Source: the human T2T-CHM13v2.0 reference genome, Homo sapiens
Length of the DNA: 64,000 bases
Direction: 5' to 3' (one strand)
Assembly: GCF_009914755.1 (NCBI RefSeq)
Contig: NC_060926.1
The notes below the pieces were generated by a model. It searched no databases, was not told where the DNA came from, and saw only the letters and a program-made list of their open reading frames with translations. The number at the start of each line of letters is the position of its first letter. The stretch's first letter is position 1. The position numbers were made by a program, and so were the translations under genes. Of this stretch, positions 53,951 to 64,000 are shown one piece after another.

Positions 53951-56900
53951 CCAAGTGGTCCTGGGAACTCTGATGGCGATTGTTTTATTTCAAAAGTTCA
54001 CAATGTTGTTTCTGAAGCAGAGTTTGGCTTAAAATCCTTTAAACTGAGGTAGAACTTTGACAGAAAACGCCCTCCTCCGAAGAAGCGGGGGAAATTCTTG
54101 CAAGGGAGATTTAAGCTTTCTCTTTAAGGGAGGTGTCACAGTCAGGGATGAGGCAGGGAGGGCAAGAAACAACCTAATGTCCTGCATGGATGGGATCTGC
54201 TGCTTTAGAAGCAAATAGATAGGGCCAGCGAATATTTACGAATACTAGAAATGTCCGCAATTCCTTGTCATCCAATAAGAAAAGTGGACACAAACAGCGG
54301 GAGGCAGAAAAATGGTCCCTTTGTCAGGTAGTTTGTTTTTAAATGCTTCCATTTGTATACATCTTATTTAAATTATAAATGCTTCGTAGGTTCCCACTTA
54401 ATGCCTTAATCCTGAAACCTCTCAGTCCACAGGACTTGCAAGTGATAAAGTCTTAGCATCACCTAACTTTACATTTGATTGTGTTGTGGGTCATGTGATA
54501 TAGTCTTAATTCCTTTTAAAATATATGTCAAATGGAAATTATGGCAAGATTCTCTTTAATGATTAAATAATAAGGTGTTGACTGCTTGTCACTACACTGG
54601 CTAATTGGGATGTTCATTCTAGGCCCTTTATTACATAGCACCCTTTGAATTAAAAGTTAGTTGTTTACTGGGTATATTTTTATTGTTACTTTCTGATTGG
54701 CTTTTAGTGTGTATTTATGTGTGAGTTTCAGAGTAGGGATGTATTGATTCTTAATAGGGACACTTTTAAAACATTCTAGAAAAAACAAGGGGAAAAAAGT
54801 ACACCATAGATGCAGATAGGTTGAGATCACTTACATTGGTAAATGTCTCTAAGTCTAAACGCTAATACTACAAAAAATCCTTTGCGTAGCTTCCCTCTCT
54901 CTCTGTCTCCCTCTTTCTCTTTCAATCTCTCTCTCAGTGGAAGTCCCCAGTGCAAGTTGCATGAATAATGGAAAGCAATGATACTAATGCTACTTTGTAC
55001 AAAGTAAAGCCTCATAACAGTAACTATTGTTCAGTGATTTAACTAGCTCCATGGCAGTAGGTCATTCAAATAGCAATTCTTCCCCCACCAGAATGACTCC
55101 ATTGCTCACCATTCTGAAATATATAGAGTAGTTGTTTTATATAGCTATTGGTCCTAACTTAGAGACTTGTATTAGAAAACATGGAGAATCTTAAATAATA
55201 GAGGAAGAAGAGAAGAGAAGGGAGAAAAATGTATTAAAATGTGGGCCGGGCTTTCAAAAAAGTAACTGAAATATCATGCTAGAATTGTCCAACTTTGAAA
55301 ATATATAAATTTTAAATCATTATGTTTTCAAACACTCATATGTTTAAGTTTTTAAATGTTTGTCATAGTCCCAAAAGATTTAAAACACAGCTGTGGCTGG
55401 GTGACAAGAAAAGAAAATATCCAGTAAAATTCTATACTCTTAAAAAACAAAGACTATTTGTGCTCCCATAGTAGAAACTTATGTTTATTAAGGCCAAGTA
55501 GATAGACTAAAGTATTACCATGAGGCCTACTGTCCTAAAACTAGCTTACCTTCCCTAGCGTACCTCACAGGTGGAGTTGGAGAAACTGTGAATAATGCAT
55601 AACAAATTATATTAAGACACTTGCCATAAATGAAAATACTGTCAACATGAATTTAAATGAAGTATTCTCATATTGGTAATGTTATGCTTTCCATTGCAAC
55701 AACAATATTTTCTTATGAAACATAAATATGTCAAACAAATGTGAAATGCTAAAGTTTTAATAAATGATCATTTAATCATCAAACAAAACCCAAGTATGTA
55801 TACAAAAACTTTTAAAGGAAAGTCGGCATACAGCCAAATTGCTATAGGGACTAGCAGGGAAATGATCAAAAAATGAACATGAAATAAGACTTCCTGTAAG
55901 AAGGTCTATAATTCAAAATTATTTGACTCCACTGTCAGGGAAATAGTTGAAGGATAGTAAACTGATACAGCTCTCAGTCATTTTTGTTACACAGTCTTAA
56001 ATGTTTGCAACTGTAGCATTTTACATGGCCTTTTGTGGATTATGATATCTGTCATATTTGAATCAAAGTACTACTTTAATTTATGACATAATCGAAACAA
56101 AATTTTTTGCCATTTCTCCTGAGTGCAAAAAAATTTAAGAATTAAATAAAAATTATGGGAAAGTATTCTTTTACAAATGAAGAAAAATAGAATGCATGTG
56201 ACACAGTTTATCTGACAGTTGTGCGGATGTTATTATAGATTTAAAGATTTTCCAGATCCCAAGTAAAACAACACTGCTCTAAATCCCGTTGGGCTTGCTC
56301 TTCTTACTAACCAGGAAATATCAGAATGTAATACCTGTATAAAAAGTTCTGGGCTAAAACATATAAAATACAGTCTCCCAATTTAAGTTTTAATAATAAT
56401 TACAAAATTTGATTTTTGGCATCCTGTAGAATTTTGAATATTTTGCCATCCTTAATGTATACGAATAAACCATGGGTGTCTAAAATCAATTTTGAAAAGT
56501 TCAAGCAAATGAGTGTGTCCATGTAGTGTAAAAGATAAAAGAACATCTTCACTGTATCTTTAATTTAACATGCCATGATTTCAAGATTATAGGAATTTAG
56601 AGAAGCTTTTTGGAGTCTTAAACAGACTCTCCAGGAAGTATACCTACATTGGCCAATTGCTGGAATCCCTACACTTGTAAATTGGACATTTGAATAAATG
56701 GTATAAAGGATACTATGTGAAATAAGTGAGAATATATTCACTAAAATATTTGTCACTAGAATCCAATTATGATCAATGTAATGCATTCAAGTGCACAGAA
56801 TTAAAGCAATTGGCAACAATTTACTAGACTTTCTTCAAACACTCTTGCTAAATAGCATTTCTTAATCTAGAAAATATGTTCTTGTTAAAGGAAAATACAA

Positions 56901-57411
56901 GAGTGCAAATATTTTCCAATTATTTTATATTCTTGACTTCTTGGTTCAGAGTTTCTAAAACTGACTAAAACATACTATCAAGGGTTGATTCTCTGATGGA
57001 AAAAGGGCTTATTTATACACATATTGAATTATACACCTGTTGTTTATTGGTGTCATGAGTATATACAATCAAATACAAATTACAGCTGGAGTTGTATAGC
57101 TGTATATCAATACAATTGAAGTTTATAATGAAATTGACACAAATTATAGCTATATATGTTTTAAGATATAAAGTAACCATATTATGGTTTTTCCATGACA
57201 TATGGACCAATTTATGTGGCATACGCTAATGGAGGACAAATAAGTTGAGCAAAGAAGTTTTACCTTATTTGTAATTCTCAAAAATACATTTCTACAGTGG
57301 ATTCTTCCCTTGTACTTCATAATTCTATTTACAATTAATAGAATTTATACTCACGAAGTAAACAACCTTGAGTGTGTAATGTTATGCTTCTTTAAAAAAC
57401 TCAAATAAAAT

Positions 57412-57533
57412 CCTGGCATGCACTTATAGTCTCAGCTAATCCAGAGGCTGAGGCAGGAGGATCACTTGTGCTGACGAGCTGCCAGCTTGGGCAATATAAC
57501 AAGACCCTGTCTCAAAAACAAGACCAAAAAATC
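57412..57533 (+). mobile_element. Degraded FLAM-like Alu monomer
   Basis: gaggctgaggcaggaggatcacttg...agcttgggcaatataacaagaccctgtctc plus A-rich tail; flanked by AAAATCCT. Confidence 0.75.
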
Positions 57534-60500
57534 CTTAAATGAAATCATATTATTCAAAAAAAATAAAATGCCTGTTATTATTAATAAGTTTACGAAGTGA
57601 AATTTTAAAAATGGCCACAACCTTATGAGTTTAACAAATATTAGCAACTGTTATAGTTGTGCTGCTGCTTTTACGTTTTAACCAAATACAAAGTCTTACA
57701 TTTTACAATGGACTTAAATATACATTATTTTAACTCATTTAGAAGATATCAGTAAATAACATTTTTGAGTGATATTAGAATTACTCTAATATCAATATAT
57801 GACAACATTCTAGTATCAATACCTTGCCACATAAGCTAGCTTAGAATGAATTGTTGCTTGTGAATTTCCATTTCTATAGAATTTTCCTTACACTTTACAA
57901 TATGGTAGCATGTTTATTATCCATTAACTTTAAATTTCTGGGTTGTTGGTTATTATTTAGAAAGATAGAACTATATCTCTTTCTTTTTCTGATCACTTTT
58001 TTTTCTGCCCTTTGGAAACCTTCTATGCCTGAGATTTGAACTTGAGCTAGTTTGCTAGGTCTCATTTTCCTATTGTAGTGCCTTGTGGGTTATTACCCAT
58101 ATGTGGGTTTGTTTTCGTGAGAAAATGAAGAATGTTACTCACTTCAAAACAGGAATGAATAGAGGCCAAAGTCATCAAATATTCCCAACCTGTGCTTTAC
58201 AATTAGGTGAAAAACTGAAAACTGTGATTCTTATTTGTCTTCCCTAGAGCTGTGAACACTTGGTATAAAGATTAATATTAGCCCCTTTGTGTTCTTCCTC
58301 TAAAAGCCTAAATGTTTATTTTCAGCAACTGTATTCTTAACTGATTGTCCATACTTGGTCCCAGACCTCCATAATTTACATTTTATTCTGAATTTGCATT
58401 CATATCACATCCCATAGAAACTCTTTAAAGTGAAGTGTGTTTATGACTATTATGAAACTCTGGAAAATGAAGTTTATAATGAAATTGACACAGCCGTCAA
58501 AAGGACAGTGAAGAGAGCAATTTGACTGTACATCCAGAGTTTCCTTATCCCATCTCAACTTGTAAAAGGCTTATTTCTCTTCTTTTAAAAATATTAGAAG
58601 CTGAATGAATAAGAATTTCTTTGACAATAAACCTCCTCTTAATGTCTCCAAAACTATTTGGATGTGTTTTCGAATATTAACTTAATTTGATAGACAAGAT
58701 ATAATTAACTGTGACCTATAGTGTTTTCTGGTATTCAGAGATTATTCCTTAGCAATTTGAAAACTTAATTTCAAACTACATGATGTATAATTTCTGAAAT
58801 TCTAAAGGCATACTTACACTATTTACGTGAAGTGGAGTGTTTGTCTACAGAGCTTCAAAATGGAGATACTTTAGAGGTGGAGGAACAATTTTTACATACA
58901 AAGTCTTGGCAAACTAGCTAGTGCAGGTGGGCTATTTTTGGAAACTTTTCAATATATAGCCTTCCTATATATTTACTGCAATATTAAAATTTTTCTTCCT
59001 GAAGGAAAAAAAAAGCTCTGTGTTTCATACAGAAACTCGTATATGACATTTTAAACCTTCACATTTCATTGATCATAAAATCCAGCCAATATATATATAG
59101 AAAATTTGAAATAGCAGCAAATAGGTAAGATGCTATTTGCTATTATGCTACAATCAGAACAGAAACTTTAGCAGTACAATTAATTAGGCATTTTGGGTTT
59201 AGTTGCAACATTTACTTGAAAGTTCCCACCAGATCTGGAGTTGTTTTATAATCCACGCTTGAGAATATTTTAGTGTAAAAAATTTGTGATAAATCACCAT
59301 TGAACATTACTTTTATTTCAAATTGCTCCTTCCTAAGAGATGTAGTGTCAGGAGTAACCACCCTGCCCTTCACTCTTGAACATATAAATGTATTATTTAT
59401 TTACATTCTATCATATACATTATTTATGGGAATTATACTATAACTCTACAGAGCATATGGAATTCATCTTCATGAGATAAGGGTGGCATCTCTGCCAATG
59501 TGGTATAGCCCTAAGTAGATAATTAAGGATTACCCTCAGACTACAGATAAATATTATCTCTTATAGAGTCATTACATGTTTATATTTCATAGCTCCAGAT
59601 GCAAATGTAGTTTGCCATTTTCATTTTAATTGTCATAGTTTTCTTGGCTCTAGCTTCTAACAAAGAGAAACAGGAATTTTACATTTGGAATTGATCTTGA
59701 TGATAAATTAATATGTTCAAGAAAAAGAAAGATATTCAGTTGCAGAATTATTTAACCCCCTTCCTTTCTTTCAGCCTGCTTTCCCTGTCCTTAATGTGTT
59801 CCAAAATTTTCTGAAGAATGTTGTTCATAAAGTTTGTAGCACTGTTTGTGTATTTGGTGGCTTGGCCTATTGTTTCATTATATTTTGGGTTTTTAAAAGC
59901 TGTGTTTAATAACAAAATAAGCAAGAAAAACATCTGAGTTATTATGTCCCGTACTTCTTTGCACAAAATAACAGAGAGATACAGAATATGCTTGTTCTGT
60001 GCATATGAAGTGTATTGCTAGTGTTCAATTTTTTTATTCTAATAATTATTCAAAGGCAGTAACAATCTGCATTTAAGTGAGTATAAACATTTTTATTCTG
60101 GAATTTGGAATTTGCAGCAACTCAATTTTATTTTCCAAATTACCCTGCCATTTCAATTAGGTGCATTGTTCTTCACTCTACTGTTGCGACATTCTAAAGG
60201 TTTGCTTGCCATCCTAATAGTGAATTGTTTGAGTGTTTAATATTTATTGAGGGCATGTAAAGAACATGCCAATAGAAAAATAGGAGAACAAAACATTGAC
60301 AAATCAATTATGTGGCTTTTCTTTGCTCGTGGTATACTTTCAATAATCCAAATACTCTGTAACTGTTAAATAGTATGAATAATCTCTAGAATAATAGCCT
60401 TGGGTATGGCTGAAGAATGACATTCTGATTAACTGGAATTCCTTAAAAAGTGCACAGTGCAACTCAGCATCTTACTTCTGGAATTCACAGTTGCTTTGGC

Positions 60501-61069
60501 TGATCTCTTAGTTAAGTATCTTGAAATATAGAAAACTTGACCGTTGTAGGAACCAGAAACTCAAATTAAATCTCAAGATGCTTTGAGAAAGGCCTCCCTG
60601 ATTATTTTACCCAAGATAAATAATGAAGGAAGGGAATAATCTTTTCCCAACTCCAAATTTAACGTTGTCAGTGGGCTTAAAGATGCAGACATTCTTGAGG
60701 AATGAGAGACACTTAAAACACAAAATGTTGTAAAAAATATAAAAAATCAGAAGTGCTTCTAAAGAAACCATAGGGAAATTAGAAGATACCCTATTAATAA
60801 TTATTAGTGGAAATCAGCGGTAAATATAAATTTCTATGATTCTGTTATTCAAAGTATAATGCTATGAGGTAGTAGAACAAAACAAGACTATATCTTGGCT
60901 GAATTTTTTTTTCTTCTTATGTCTCAATTGTGTGTTCTCTGGCTCGAGAGTTTAGAAGTAGAAAAGAGAAAACTTCAGAAACACTTGAGACTAAACAGTT
61001 AAGTGTATTGCTTGTCATTTTTAGTTACACATCCTTTCAGGAAGGTGGTGTTCTAATGAACAATATACA

Positions 61070-61260
61070 ATTTAGAGCCAGAGCACTTATATTTGAATCT
61101 AGACTTTGCTCTGAGAGGGCAAGTCACTGCACCTTGACGGGCCTTAGTTTAATAATCTGTAAAATGGGGATAGTAACAGTACCCACTTTATTGAGTTACT
61201 GTAAGAACTAAATAAAAGTGCATCTAAAACATTTAGAGTAGTAAATCCCCAATGAGCACT
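61070..61260 (+). mobile_element. MIR
   Basis: gggcaagtcac...atctgtaaaatggggatagtaacagtacc. Confidence 0.75.
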
Positions 61261-63308
61261 TCATTACATTATATTTTATCTTCTTGCTTGTATTCTGCCT
61301 AACCTTCAAAAACAGGAATTGGGTTTATGGAGGAAGGATTGGGTGCTGGTTGATGGGGCTGTTGTTTTATAGAGTATTTTATCATCGTAGAGTTTAAGAA
61401 AAATATCTTAATTCTTATTATGAGGGGTCAATTTTATTCTGATTTCAGCATAGTGTAAAAGGAGACTGAACTCAGATATTTTACTGAGATAGTATAGTGA
61501 ATCACTGCAGACTCACTCCTAGGGTAAAATTCAAATAACAGTTATGTAAGGACCCTGTGCTAAGTACTTTTTCCCCACATTTCTGAATACAAATACTTCA
61601 TGCTGAGGTCTTGTTGCTTTCGGGATGTTATTATCTACTTTTACTCATTATACAATGTTTTCTGCATTATTGGATTTTTCATTTTTTAAATTTTTTTTGC
61701 TAGGAGCCTTGCCTAGAAAGTTTGTGGTTGAAGTTGTTTTATATAAAACACTTTTAAGTTTATTTTATCTTAATTTGTTTGCAGAACAAGGAGCACTGAT
61801 ACTAAGTTACGGATGTAAAATAAAACACTGGGAAGCAAACAGTCTTATAAAGAGGATTTTATAACATCAGGTATACTGGCATGTAATTTACTGATTCTTC
61901 TCCCACTGCTAAGTAGAAATAATAGAAAATGATCAGAGTTCAGCAGAAAACTCTCAAAAGATAAATGAATAAAACAGATTGAAGTATTTAGGTATACTTA
62001 TTTGGAAATATAGTGGTATCAGTGGATTAGGGTTTTTTTCAGCCAAACATTTAACTCTATGAACTACAATTTATAGGTATGATTTCAAGAAGCACCTGGA
62101 GTCATTAAAGTCAGTAAATATAAGAATTTATTTTTATTAATAGCATGCCAGTTATAATACAATGGCATAGAAAAAGAAAAGGTTATCAAAACATAGATAC
62201 TTTTACTAAGAATTTTAGCATATTGAGGCTTTATCTTCTCTCTTCTTAAGATTTTTCTCTACAAGAAACTGGTAAGTAGAATTTGAACATTCAGGGCACT
62301 TGAATAATTTCTATTACTTACCAGTTTTGAGAAATTGGCATTTATGGTCAATTGCCCTTTGGTTGTAATTATTCCTTTTCTTTGTAATTTGGCTGAATGT
62401 ACCACATGTAGAAATCTATATTATCTTCTTAGACCACAGTAGGGTCACCATGGGATGATGTTAGCATTGATTGTCAAAGTTAAAGAATTGGGCAAAAAGT
62501 ATCAGTGCTGTCTTGATTTCATCAGGAAAGCCTTTGGAATATTCTGAGTGTTGTTTTACATCTGTAGACCTCTGCTTAGCATAGTTGATTCACTTGTAAT
62601 TTATTGGGTAAATTAATTCAACTGTGCAGGTTAATAAATTCCTGAAAATGTTAGAGTGGAGACCTAAAAGACACCAGGCTGTTGAAAACTAGGGTTTTAA
62701 GCAGCATTGGGAAAGTGTTCTGTGGTATTCAGTCCTGGCTTCCTAAGGTCCCCACCCTCACTGCCTGCCATAGCAGCCCAGCGCCTGAGTATTGAGAGGA
62801 GAATGAAGCATGCTGATTGCAGGACAGTGGGCAAAATCTTTAAGGGATAGCAGATTTTAAAAATATATCTTACAGCCAGGCTGCTTTAAATTCCATTACA
62901 ATGTAATTAAAAAACCATTAGATTCATTTTTTAACATTCTTTTGCCTTATGCCTTACGTATGTGATAGGTGTGTGTTGCGGTGTGTGCATGTGAACCCAT
63001 GTGCACACTCATGTCTGAACCCAGGCTTTAGTGATTTCTGAAGCTTGAAGAATCACCTGGTAGAAAACTTTTCACTTAAAGATGAAATTACTCCTTGGAG
63101 AATTTTCACCAAAGGCAAGAAAGCACAAAAATTCTTTTCCTCCTCTCTACATGCCTCATTACACAGAGATAGAGGATTCAATGTTTGAAAAATTATCATT
63201 TTTGTAGGTTTTATTTGTGGTACGTGAGAACTGGGAAATATGGAACTCTATTTAACAGATGCTATGTCTACCTATACAAACTACCCACAGTGACTATCAT
63301 ATGATTTT

Positions 63309-63312
<4 letters not shown>

Positions 63313-63351
<39 letters not shown>
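63313..63351. repeat. (CA)n microsatellite, ~19 units
   Basis: Direct reading. Further (CA)n tracts at ~11977-12000 and ~22630-22660. Confidence 0.95.
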
Positions 63352-63355
<4 letters not shown>

Positions 63356-63564
63356 ATTTGCAAGCAATTCACCAGAGTCGCTTAGCTGTTAAGGTCTTAG
63401 AAATCTGCCTCATTTGATGCTGAAGTGTACACACTTATGCTGTGTATAAAAATACTGGCTGGCACCAATGTAGTGAGTGCAAGACGTAAGAGATGATTAC
63501 ATAACCAAGATGCATTTCTAGATTAAAAGTTCACAATGGCAAATATGACAGGGCTGGAACTGTG

Positions 63565-63700
63565 AGAAGAGGCAGTGTGGTGTGTTGGTGAAAGCCACAG
63601 ATTCTGAAGAGGGATGCTGGATTTCCATTGTCTTACCGCTAATTTACCATCTGCCCTGAGTCACCAGAATTACCCTTCAGGCCTCTATTAAGTGGAGTCA
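63565..63700 (+). mobile_element. Degraded MIR 5' fragment
   Basis: gagaagaggcagtgtggtgtgttggtgaaagc...attctg resembles the MIR tRNA-derived head. Confidence 0.45.
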
Positions 63701-64000
63701 TAAGCACATTTTATCACAGCATTAAAAAAGGGTTCAACAAGAACCCTGGCAGGGCTTACAGACTTGGCAAAGGTAAGCGAGTGAGGGAGGGGCAGAGAAG
63801 GAAATGAGCAAAAGGAGAGTTGGTGGAGAAAGTGGATAAAGTGTGTGAGGGAGGTAGCCTTTTAAAAAGTTGGCCTCTCTGCCAAAGATGAGTGTGGGCC
63901 TCCATCAGGGAGTGCCTCAGGCACCTACCACTATTTTCCCAGAACCAGCAATTGCCTCTCTGCATTTTATCCACTTTTCAGCAGTGCACAGTGTGGACTT

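Noticed and set aside
50721-54214. ORFs in the intron 6 islands as further MEIS1 exons
   Set aside because: None resembles MEIS1 sequence downstream of NLTDQ; no homeodomain (WFxN) exon is seen in the window.

Overview
Human or close hominoid genomic DNA containing the 5' part of the TALE homeobox gene MEIS1 on the + strand. Six coding exons (42935-50124; 12+227+142+51+51+147 nt = 210 codons, all GT-AG) encode [16 protein letters not shown]...TRSANLTDQ, including the MEINOX/PBX-interaction region. The homeodomain exons lie beyond the window. Bases 1-25.5 kb are transposon-dense: a disrupted young L1PA, an ancient L1M nested inside another with MER2, LTR and MLT1 inserts, and many Alus and MIRs. 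From about 25.5 kb the window is nearly transposon-free and carries a chain of CpG islands. No prokaryote-type system (CRISPR, operon, rRNA or tRNA) is present and no wholly new gene system is supported. The most notable observations are: (i) several candidate alternative in-frame N-terminal exons or starts for MEIS1, one interlocked with a spliced antisense unit whose intron spans sense exon 3; (ii) a perfect PBX-MEIS decamer between two 7-codon uORFs in the 5' leader; (iii) four short dispersed near-perfect sequence doublets (25-48 bp, 0.7-1.7 kb apart, one a perfect inverted copy inside an ancient L1); (iv) an L1 tail that looks like serial mini 3' transductions. Repeat subfamily names come from recalled consensus sequences and repeat boundaries are approximate.
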